Of a DNA stretch of 64,000 bases, positions 38,168 through 50,700 are shown in pieces. A model generated the notes under the pieces. That model did not search any database. It was given only the letters and a program-made list of their open reading frames with translations, and had not been told where the DNA came from. The translations under genes were made by a program, and so were the position numbers. How positions within the stretch are numbered: position 1 is the first letter of the stretch; the number at the start of each line of letters is the position of its first letter. This DNA comes from Paramecium tetraurelia (taxonomy: Eukaryota): assembly GCA_000165425.1 (NCBI GenBank), contig CT868141.1:62001-126000 (forward strand), in the 5' to 3' direction.

Positions 38168-41100
38168 ATGAATCAAAAAGCTACTAATCTCTTTATGTTC
38201 ATTATTTTTGGTTTGCTAAAGTAATATTCATTCTTATAACAGATAATGTTTATCTGATTGCGGATACATAAATTCAGGATCTAGTTTATTGAGTTTAACT
38301 GATCCGCAATAATAAATAGATATAAGTTTAGATAATTTGGTGCTATAAGGTGCATCTAATATTGGATATGGTGTATGGATAAAGTATTAGCCTTTTGTGC
38401 CTATTTCTTAGATTAGTATGATTTTTATTCGATTAATTAGCGACTTAAGGCTCAACATCAGGAGGTATGACATTCAAAGCAACTGGGGATTCAGGATCTT
38501 TTATATATCTGCAATAGCAGAAGGATACAAAATTCAATATGTTAACTGTTTATATTACAATTTCGGCGGCATCTAACACAATAATGCATAATATATTTTA
38601 TTCATTTCAATCAACAACAGGGACTGTTTCTTTCAGTTTTGAATTTGGAGAATATGAGGGAAGATGGATTTTGTTTTATGTTTATTACGATCTTTTGTAA
38701 AAATAAACAACATTAGGTTTTTATCAAGCAGAATAAACAACCTCAACACTAACTAAATAATTATAAGATATCCCTTCTCTTGTAAAATAAGTTAGACATA
38801 TAATTGGTGGTGTATAGGAAATAAAAAATTAATTGGGAGAGAACTTAAGCTTGTCTTAATTTAAAGGGAGAATATCATCATTATTCAGCAAAGAGCAACT
38901 TAACATATTTTTGGATTTGAATTCATTTTTATCAACTTGTTAGATAATCCAATCTTGTGTGATAAAATAGTATAAGATGTCAGGGTTTAACTAATTGTTC
39001 ACTGGGAATGGATTTACAAATAATAGTACAAGTCAATTAGAATAACAAAAATATGTTATCTAGGGTTGGGTTAAAATGGATTTTTTGTTTGATGATAATT
39101 ATCTTGAAACAGTTATTTTCAGAGTAACAATCAATAATAATTACAATGATGACATGACAATAGGAGATAAGGAACTCTATTTGAAGTATTATTAAAGCAT
39201 GACACCAGCTTTAAATGGGTTTTCATTAACAACGTACACATACACTTTTCCAGTGGAATCAAAATAATAGAGTTCGGGCACTGATATCTTAACAGTAACT
39301 GGAATATAATACTAAAATCTTTTAATTAGTTGGCATTACATCTAATATGAAATCGGGACAAATAATAATAATGGATAACCTTTATTTTCTTTATTTTTTC
39401 CATCTTTAAATTATGTGTTGCAATATAAATGGACTGTAAAAATAAATCATTTTACTGGAACCATCCTATATTATTTTGTGGGGGGTGACAATTTTATCAA
39501 AACTTATCTGCTTGGATAATTAAGTGATTTGACTTTGACTACCTATTGTACAACACCATAAATAACTTTAAATCCTAAGTGCCATTATTCTTGTTAAACA
39601 TGTGATGGTCCTGGAATATCTAATTGTTTATCATGTCCAACTGACAGTTTTAGAGTGCAGTCAATAACTTAGAAGACTTGTACATGCAAAAACAAATATG
39701 TTGATATTGAAAATGATCCAATATGCTAGCCAGTAGTTGTTAAATTCCCGTAACTGGAAGAAGATGAAGTGGAAGTTGTTTGTAACAAAAGAGGATTTGA
39801 TAGTTGTGATGTTAACGCTCAAAAATGCCTTTTCGGTTACTTTTTTTATAAAGATAACTGCATCTAATGGTATTTATAATTAATAGATAAGTCCTGGTTA
39901 TTCCTTCTATAGTTCAAGATTTCAGATTTTATGTTCCAACTGTTTCTTTGATCCAACAAGTTTTTCTTAGAATTTATCATGTTCAGAGGACACCAAAACT
40001 TATTCGTAAGATGATGAAAATGCGTATTTCACCACTGAAAGATAGAATAGGGAAATTGAATTTTACACTGCTAATCTAAATTTAGATGGTTACTATGAGT
40101 TGACTTTATAGTAAGGATTTTTATAAGCTGGCACATGTAAGAAGGGATTTTTTTTGGATTCGAAATAATAATGCAGTGCTTGTTTGGAAGGTTGTGAAAC
40201 TTGTGTAAAGAAAGGGATTTGTTTGAATTGTTTTTCTAATTATGCTTTGACAGATGATTATCTATGTTAGTAATGTGTTGGCTGTTCTAGTTGTACATTC
40301 TCTAATCAAATTACTTAATGTACCTCTTGTAAAACTGGAACATATTTGACATCATTAGGATCATGTTAATCTTGTGGATAGCATTGTGCTAGTTGTAATT
40401 CACAAGGTTATTGTAATTATTGTGATAATCCAACTTTATATTTCTTGTCATTTGATGGTAAGAACTGTGAAATATGCACAATTACTAATTGTTAAATTTG
40501 TTATCATTATTTTATAAAATAGGGAGTAATATATACAAAACTTGATATTAGTGCATCTGTTGTTGACAGGGCTCAATCCTAATTATTCATTGGTTGTGCA
40601 CTCTGTCAGAAAAACTTATACTTCAATTAGATTACTATATAATGTGAAGCAGTAACTTAAGATTCTGGAAATGGTTCCAATGGTTCTAATGAAATTGATC
40701 CTGTTCCCCCTGGTGATTAGAATGGTAAGGATACTTAGGTAGTCACTGATTCATGCACTTTTGGTCTAATTACAGATTCTCAAGGCACAAATCATTGTTT
40801 AATCAGTTCAACCAGCGCTACTTCAACCCAAACCACTTATTGCTCAACAATCTCAAATTGTTAGTAGTGTATCTCTAATTATCTCTTGGCCAACACATTT
40901 TGTATTGTGTGTGCGGATGGATACTATTCAAGCATTTTAACTGGAAAATGCAATCAATGTGATTCCAGTTGTTAAACCTGTATTCAATAAAGTAAAGATT
41001 ATCAAGATTATTGGAAATGGGGAATTAAAGCCTACTACAAATATGTTTTGAATTCAGACGACTCTCATCCTTTTGAATAATATGCAACACAGACATCTGA

Positions 41101-44100
41101 GTCAGAATTCGAATTAATCTGTACATCATGTCCTAAAGGTTATGTTCTTAATGAATTCACTTGCATTAAGGATTGTAATGAAGATTGCACTGATTGTAGC
41201 ATAATCAATGGGGTTTCTACATGCACATAATGTTTAGAAACTCCTTATGGATTCTTAAAGAGCTAAAACTCTAAAGGCATTTGTCTAACTTGCCCAAACA
41301 ATTGTGCTGCTTGTTTAGAAAGGTCAACAGAAGAAATTCAAAGTATTAATCCCCATTTCGTTACAACGCAGACCAATATTAAATATACAAGAATTTGTTA
41401 TGAAAGATTTCAATAAGATTCAACTGAGGGGCAATTTTACAACGATTAAACTATCTAAACCATCTCATTTTGTGAAAAATATGGTAAATGCTATCATAGA
41501 GCTATTCTCAAATAAAATGTTTATTGTCATTAAAGTTAATACGATTAAGATTTATAACAAAGTGCAGATTAATAGGTTTTTCTGTAAAACAATATATATA
41601 TTGATGAACTTTTTAAAACTGGCTATTTGAAGGTTGTCGAAACCTCAAGTTTATATACTTATTTTAATGAAAAGGTAGTAAGAGTAGTAGAATACTAATT
41701 TAAATTCATCTAAGGTAATGCACCATCCTGTTTCATATAATCTGATTCTAAGTTATAAAATAAAATTCAAGAGAATGTGTTTTCCATTTAGTAAGTAAAA
41801 TTAAAGCTTATTGGAGATTAATATCCTACCACTATCATAATAGATAAAACCCTATAAATAAGCAACTTTGCATCTGTCTCATTTGAAAATATTTAATTTC
41901 AAACTGCAATTCAAATTAATTATGATTCTAAATAATCTTTTATTATTTTGCAGAATATCCAATTGAAATTGAATCTAATAATTAAAGATTGTGTATTTAC
42001 TACAACTAATTCAACTGAATAATTGAAATAATTTTAATTTATTTCTGATTCAGCATATTCATTAACTATTGATAATCTTATCATGAGAGACTTTAAAGTT
42101 TAGGATTCATCCGTATTTTCATATTCAATTTCTTCAGGCTTTGAACAATAAGCGATAATATCAAAACTAGAAATTATAACATCATATTTTAAAAACTCAA
42201 ACATCCTTAATTTTTAAGCTAAATCCAACAATCTCTATGTAAATCTTTAACTGAATGATGTATCTATTTCCAATACTCGATTTGATAAATCTAATTTGAC
42301 AAATACAGAGACCTAACTTTAATATGATATTGGAAAAATTACTGTTAATAATTTGACTCTAAGTTCTGTTATTTTAAATGGTAAATCAACTATTTTTTCA
42401 GTCTAAGGTGCTGCATCTTTTACTACCAAAACAGTTACGATTTAAGATTTATTTATTAGGAATAATTCCTTTTTTTATTATTCCAATATCATTTAGATCT
42501 CAGACCTTTCTGCCAATAACACTATAATTTAGGATAGTAAACTAATCACAAATGATGTAGATTTTGCAATATCAGATGATTCATTACTTAACTCTGCTAA
42601 GATTTCAATTGCCAATTTCAAATTAGAAAACCTCCAATATAGCAATGCATAAGCAATTTTAAAGCTTGTTTTATATGAAAAAATTGATTCTCAGGCTGTC
42701 AGCATCGATTCGTTTACACTCAACAACAGTTTATCATTACTAAATTTGATACCAAATTATATCTCATATGAGCAATCAAATATTTATATAGAGTGTTAGT
42801 AATGCAAATTGAACTCGGTTTATATTTAAAGAGGGTATGGTCTTCCAGAAATCACTATTGTGCGCTCACAAAACCTAACAATTAAGAATTTGTATCTTTC
42901 ACAATCAGCTGCTTATTATTCTAAAACATTGCATCAATCTTTTGAGTGCGTTAATAATTTTGCCTATTCTCAGATGTTTCATTTTTTATATATTGGATTC
43001 TACAAAAATATCACAATTAAGAATTTACAACTGAGCAATAGTATCACATATAACAACCCTTTTATAATTATAAAAGGATATGACTTAATGGAAAAAATAG
43101 AAAATGAATAGATTGATATTATAGATTCTATTTTTGATTCTAATATGCTTATCATTACAAAGGCCAATCGTGCCACTTCTATCATATCAATCCTCTCAGA
43201 ATAATCAACTATTGTGACGTTTAACAATGTAAAGTTCTATTATAATCATCTTAATCAATATTTTCAGGATTTATCAAGATAATCAGCTTCAACATTGCTT
43301 ATTCAATTACAATAAGGTAACTTTTATCTTGAAAATTCTTATTTTAAACAAAATCTGGTTACAAATTCTACAGATTCTATTTTGTACCTAAAAGCCATAA
43401 GTGTAGTAATATCTAATACTAAATTTCAAAAAAACAACATATTATAACTCTCTATAATCAGCTAGAATATCTTGTTACCTAATGATGATTAAGATGAGAT
43501 AAATGGAAAAACTTTAACGAATGCTTTTCCAATAAGTTCTAAAAGTGGAAATGGATTATTAATTGCAACTTATCTTACTTTAGATAAAGTGAGAGTGGAA
43601 TAATCTTTTTCAAACTATGGTGGTGGATTCTACATTAATACACAAGGAATTAGCAAGATTGTGATAAAAAATTCTAAATTTTTAAATACGTAAACATTAA
43701 TGTAGAGTTCTTCTTTTTCAGCTGGAGGTTGCATTTATATTGATGCACAATTATCAAAATTAGAATTAACTATATCATCAACTACTTTTGACACATCTAT
43801 TAGTAGAATAGAAGGAGGAGGCATATATATTATACCATCCTAATAGGAGAATAATATTTAAATGACGAATTTAAATGTAGTAAATTGTTACTCCATAAAA
43901 AGTTCCTTTCTATCGTTTTAACCCTCCAGTTTGGACAATATAAAATCTTAGATTTATATAAGTGGTGTAATTTTTTAGAATACTGAAAAGGGATTTAATA
44001 ATTTTATTTCACTATTGCTATCCCCATCAACCGCAGATCTTGATTCCATTCGTAACAGTAATGCATTGATATCGATTAAATATGCAAGCGTAAGTATAAA

Positions 44101-47100
44101 CAATTGTAGTTTTTAATCTCCCCAATTTTCATATTTCTTGGACATAGAGTCTGCTGCTAATATTTCTTTGCAGAATATCGAGATCATTAATTCCACAGTT
44201 TTATATTCCCCACTTCTCAAAATGAGTCTCAGGCCATGTAAATATTACATTATTCAATTTAGACTACAATAGCAATCTGATGATCAAAAATTTAACAGTA
44301 CAAAATGTGATTTAGAAAAGAATAATCGTTGATACTCCTTGTTTAGTAACAAGTCTAATTGCTTCTGGATCTTTTGTTTGTCCCTTAGTAGCCACTACTT
44401 AAAATAAAAAATTATCTGATTATGACACAACATCAATTTAGTAAATAACAATGGAATGCAATTAGTACCTCATATATTAAAATGTCTCCTACAAATTTAG
44501 TCTTATAGAAATAGATGACCTAAAGACAAGCCATAATTTCTAAGCAGAAGACATTTCATTTGATTCAATACAATGTTCTGATTGCTAATATGGAATTCTT
44601 AGATTTGAAGAGATAGAACAGTCAGATACTGAAAATATCCTATTTTCAAATATTAAGATAAGAGACAGTAATTGTGGGTAAACAGGATGCTTATCTTTAC
44701 TTTAATATGAAAGCGATTCAATATTAAGGAAGGATTTATTATCCTCTTCTCTTAATTAAAGAGTACTCTAACAACACGATTACTATAATTTAACTTACAA
44801 TTTAATTTACCAAGCAAGAATATTAAATTCTTTATTTATTAATAATATTGCCATTTATGGTGGATCTATATTTATAGTAGAAATATCCTCAATATTGCAT
44901 GGCTGTTACTTTAAAAATAATTCAGCCAGTATAGGAGGTGCTATTTATTATTTCTCAAAGCAGACTTAATTACACATTTTTGAAACTTAAATCCTTGAGA
45001 ATAAAGCCAAAATAGCTGGGGGATTATACTTAAATTCTTAGTCATTACAAACTACAACCTAACTTGATGTTTACTTATCCAATAATAATTCAACCCTTTT
45101 TGGTTCTGATGTTTTTGAGAATCCTAGATCCTTAACAATATCTTTAGATGCAGGAAAAACATTTCTAACCAAAAACCAGATATCAAAAACTGCGACGTCG
45201 GTAGTTGAATAAATTGTCATCATACCTTATAAGATTTTAGGCTAAGCTGAAAAATCCAAATTCATTATGTTTCCATCAGGAAGAGCCATAGGAACCTATA
45301 AATATTTTGATCAATACACATCTTCGTATATTCCCTACAATCTTACTTTTAGAATCATAGCCCTTAACAAATACAACACTTAAGAAAAAGAATTGGAAGG
45401 ATCTACTTGTACTATTTCTCCAAGCATTATGAATTCTACTACCAAAGAAACAATCTCAGGATTAACTGGAAGTTTATCATACACAACTGTAAAATTTAAC
45501 TAGACCTCTGGTGACTTTAATTTGGATGATCTTATTATATACTTTAATCCTACTTATGAACCAGAAATTATTATGTAATTATCAATATTTTGTAATATCA
45601 TTTCAATACCTTAATATTAATCCACTCCACCTTATTCTATTGATAATGCAATTACAAACTATAGATTATTGGTGGATATAAGAACATTTAATTGTTAATT
45701 AGGTGAGTATTAGAATATGACAACAGGTGGTTGTACTTTATGTGATACAGTATAGAATTAATATTAAGTTTAATGGAGTGCTTAAAGTTGTAGTTATAAG
45801 GATGATTAGAAAATGAAATCAATAGAATCTTCAATGATTGAATTAAGATTTGGTTATTGGAGAGCCTATTATTATACTTAAACTGTTGAATATTGTTATC
45901 ATTTGCCATCAAATTGTGAAGGTGGTTGGAAACCTGGAGATCAATCATGTATTGAAGGTCATATTGGAGCACTCTGTGAACAATGTGATCTCTATAACAT
46001 CAGATCCTAAGGTTCCTACTCTGTTAGCTCTAAATACTCCTGTGGAAGCTGTGATCAAATAATAGGCAATGTTTTAACTATCTTTTTTATCAGCGTATGG
46101 ACTCTTATCTCCATACTGATGTCAGTTAACAGTACTGTTGAGATGATTGAAGAATTTATTGCAGGTTTAAGATTAAAAGCCTTTGGGTTTACAGTGCTAA
46201 TTAAACCAGCTTCAACTGCTATTTTTATTAAAGCATTCACAAATTATTTACAAATCATTTCTACTATTGCAACATTTTAACTTGAAGTACCATCTGGTTT
46301 AGCCTCAGTTGTTAATAGTGTAGGAAATCCAATCGAATCAATGGCATATTCTTTAGACTGTTTCCTTATAAGAATCACAGACATTGAAATAATTTACTTT
46401 AGAATTATTTGGAGTTTACTCTTGGCTACCTCATATATTATGGCATTTTTTATCATTCAGGGTGTCCAAATATTAGCAAAATCTATAAAATATAATACAG
46501 CTTTTGTTTCGACTGCCTTAATATACGTTTTTATATATTTACAACCGAATTTGATTGCAGGCTTGATATCCCTCGTTTCATATAGGATCATTTCTGATGA
46601 ATATTGGATTCAGGGTAATGTTTCTTATAGATATGATACATATTCACATGCCAAATGGTTGATATCATTTTGTTTTCCTCTCTTACTCTTATTTAGTTTT
46701 GTTATACCAGTATTTTTTTTTTATGGAGTAAGGAATAATAGAGGCTAATTAAATAAGACAGTAGTTCGTTAAAAATGGGGGTACTTGTACAATGAATACA
46801 AAATACATGCCTACTATTGGGAAACCGTTAAAATATTGTAAAAGGAACTGATTATTATTGTACTGGCATATTATGATGATCACATTGCTATCAAGGCTTC
46901 TCTTGTATTTTTAGTATTATTCGGATACAGCTTTGTAACAACCTCATAAAAACCATATATTAGTGGTGAATTGAACTATTTAGACACGCAATCCACAATA
47001 GTTTGTGCAGTTTCAATCATATTAGGAAGTTCTATAAATACTGCCCAAAAATCTAACTTAGTTGAAATAGTATGGCCCTTTTACATTATCATTGCCATTT

Positions 47101-47637
47101 TAAATGCATATTTTATTTTTAAAATGTTAATAAAAATATTGTTTGCTTATTTTGATAAATTGCATGAACAAATTGATAAGGTTAAGGAGTTGATGGTAAG
47201 CAATTTCCCAAATTTAATTAAGAAGCATCCTTTTATATAAGATTTATTTGAAAGTAGAAAAAAACAAAAAGCAAGAGTTAAGGCTAGATTTACCAAAATT
47301 AAAAATCATTTGTTACCTTAGGCAAAATTAATTATTTAATTTAAAAAGTAAATAAATTTAATCATTCATTTTTAGGTAAAATAATTTAGATTTGCCTGGA
47401 AGAATAAATACACAATTATCTGATTATGATGAAGATATGTAAAAGAAAATGGAAAAAAATATTGACATTAATTTGTGTGCTATTAATCCCTTATCTCCGG
47501 AGTGTAATTCTGATAAAGATTCAAATGTGGATTCTTTATTTAAAAAGCCATAATCATCTAAAGTTTACCCGGAGCTAATAATTAATTATATGAATTAAGA
47601 TAGTTTAAAATCAAGCATCCATCATTCTCAAAGTTGA
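38168..47637 (+). CDS. Giant Cys-rich / beta-helix surface protein with C-terminal multi-TM domain (family copy B, ~3,100 aa)
   Basis: Signal peptide; LamG-like YGVWIKYQP / QGWVKM / TYTYTFP; CHYSCQTCDGP and CxxC repeats; GGGFYI, GGCIYI, GGAIY; GYWRA..CEGGWKPGD..GHIGALCEQCD; TM region with WGYLYNEYKIHAYYWETVK; TGA at 47635-47637. Confidence 0.88.
45651..46060 (+). repeat. Arm 1 of a 410-bp near-perfect inverted repeat (partner 49392-49802)
   Basis: By-eye alignment shows one synonymous substitution and one 1-nt indel; the ORF track shows identical peptides at both sites. Confidence 0.93.
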
Positions 47638-47796
47638 TTTTTGAAGGAGATTTTAATACTTTAATGACTTATATAATTTATTTTCGTAGGTTATCAAATA
47701 ATTATATATGTATCTGCGATGATTAATATAATAAATTATTAATTTGGAATATTCAATTTAAGTTTTGGTAAATTGTATATATCAATGAATATTTAA

Positions 47797-50700
47797 TCAA
47801 ATATCAGCACTTTATCTTGCACTCTCCACTTCCAAATCTATTTCTGGATGTATTCTAGTACCACTTGGTCTGGGAAATGAAAAAACAGATGATCTCTCAT
47901 TCAAGATGTTGGTTGGGTACTTTACTAAGGTTTTTAAGTTTTATCTTTCGGTAATTATTTCACTTTATTTTGGACTATTCAAACTTTATATATCTCCATA
48001 ATCAAACTCTTGGATTTCCTTCTCTCTTCCTGAAGATTTATATGTGTCTACTACGCAAGGCAATTCAAAGTTATTGAACCTTTTTGAATAACATTATATA
48101 TTACTTTTTAAACTCTAAAATCTTTTTAGCCTAGGGGAAAATATATTCTCTGATCTTTCCATATCTTCCTTTAATTCTTATCTATTATGTTTTGCGGCTT
48201 TCTAGGATCTACTTTATATATGGATGTTAATTGGCTAACTTGGGGAATCTCTTGGAAATAAAGTCTTTAATAATATCAATTTTATCATGGAGTTTCTTAA
48301 AATATGCAAATAAAATTTGCAATAGCATTTTTAATATGTACAAGCCATTTAGAACACCAATTATAATGTAAAAAGGCCAAACAATCTCTTATAAATTTTA
48401 TTATTAAGCAGTATATATGGAACTAGCCAAAATAATTGAAACAGCACAAACAACAATAGAATGGGTGTCTAGAAGATTTAATTATCCAGTCATATAAGGT
48501 TTATTCGAAATTGTCAAGTAGCTATATCCAAATAATACAAGAAAAACTAAAGATGCCTTGATTGCAATGTGATCATCATAATAGGCAAGCACAATAATAA
48601 TTACTTACTTTTATAATATTTTGATAGTTTCCCAATAGTAAGCGTGTAATTTGTATTCATTATACAAGTATCCCCATGTTCTTCTTACCTTAGTCATATC
48701 TAGTTGGTATTTATTTTTATGGACTCCAAACCACAAGAAAAAGGGAAGGACGCAGCAAAATATTATTAGAAGTGGAAAACAAAAGCCAACCACCCATTTG
48801 GCATGGGATATAGTATCATATCTGTATGCAACATTGCCTTATATCCAATATTCATCAGAAATTTTTCTATAAGATAATAGAGATATAAGCCCTCCTATAA
48901 TGTTAGGTTGCAAATAGATGAATAAATAAATGAGGGAAGTAGAAACGTATGAAAAATCAATCTTAGCACGCTTAAATAGAACTGCAAGACCTCCTAAACC
49001 AAAAAATATCGTGATATACATGGTAGCCATAATTAATCCCCATATGATTCTGAAGTAAATGATTGATATCTCTGTAATGGATACAAGGAAACAATCAAGA
49101 GAATATGCCATTGATTCTATTGGATTGCCAACGCTATTAACCACAGAGGCCAAACCAATTGGAACTTAAAGTTGAAATGTGGAAATTGTAGATACAATTT
49201 ACAAATAATTAGTAAACACCTTTATCAGTATAGCCGTTGAAGCTTCTTTAATTGCAACTGTTACTCCAAAAGCCTTCAATCGAAGCCCAATAACAAATTC
49301 ATCAATCATTTCCACAGTACTGCTGACTGACATCAAAGTCGAAATGAGAGTCCATAAACTTATTAAAATAATACTAATGATATTGAATGCAATTTGATCA
49401 CAGCTTCCACAGGAGTATTTAGAGCTAACAGAGTAGGAACCTTAGGATCTGATGTTATAGAGATCACATTGTTCACAGAGTGCTCCAATATGACCTTCAA
49501 TACATGATTGATCTCCAGGTTTCCAACCACCTTCACAATTTGATGGCAAATGATAACAATATTCAACAGTTTAAGTATAATAATAGGCTCTCCAATAAAC
49601 CAAATCTTAATTCAATCATTGAAGATTCTATTGATTTCATTTTCTAATCATCCTTATAACTACAACTTTAAGCACTCCATTAAACTTAATATTAATTCTA
49701 TACTGTATCACATAAAGTACAACCACCTGTTGTCATATTCTAATACTCACCTAATTAACAATTAAATGTCCTTATATCCACCAATAATCTATAGTTTGTA
49801 ATATTTTACTTGATTTCAAATGGAGGTTCATCATTATATTGAGGAATAATTATTGAACTACATTAGATAGATAATCGAAGAACAAGGTTATTAGTCAAGT
49901 TTGGCATAAAATAGATTACTAAATTATCTAAATTATAATCGCCAGAGGTTTGATTAAAAGTAACGTTAGAGAAAGAAAGATTGTAATTAACATTAGGTTC
50001 TTCAGTTTAAGAAGATATATTAAAGGCAAAAGGTTTTATTGTGCAATAAGAATTCTATAATCCTTTGTTTTATTTGTTAAACTTATCTAAAGCTATTATC
50101 CTAAGAGTTAAATTATATGGAATAATTGTGGACGTATATTGATCAAAGAAATCATATGTACCTATGGGCCTACCTGATGGGAGAGTTAAATATGTCATTT
50201 TTTATGAATAGCCTAAAACTTTATAAGGCTTAATGATGATTTATTCTGTAATACTGCTTTCGGTTACTGAAACTAATGATTTTTATAATAGAGTTTATCC
50301 TCCATCGATTGAAAGAGTCAAGGACCTCGGGTTTTCAATCACATCCTCTCCATACATAGTAGAATTATTGTTTAATAATTGAATATCTAATTCTTTTGTC
50401 AATTAAAGGGATTATTAATTTAAGAACACTCCTCCTGCAACCTTAGCTGTATTTTAAATTATTTAAGTTTCAAGAAGGAAAATTTAACTTTCTGATGAAG
50501 AATAATAAATGGCTCCTCCAATTTATGCTGAATTGTTTTTGAAAGTACATTTCTTAATTAAGGTACCAAGTTCTACTATTAATATTGATCCCCCATAAAA
50601 TGCAGTGTTATTTAAAAAAGAACTGTCCACAATATTAATTTGTTGATTTAACTTAAAATGTAGGTTATCATAATCATGTTACTAAAGTATTCTTGTAGGT

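Noticed and set aside
45651..49802. Inverted repeat read as transposon terminal inverted repeats
   Set aside because: Both arms are in-frame coding parts of paralogous genes, the spacer holds their TM exons, and no transposase or target-site duplication is visible.
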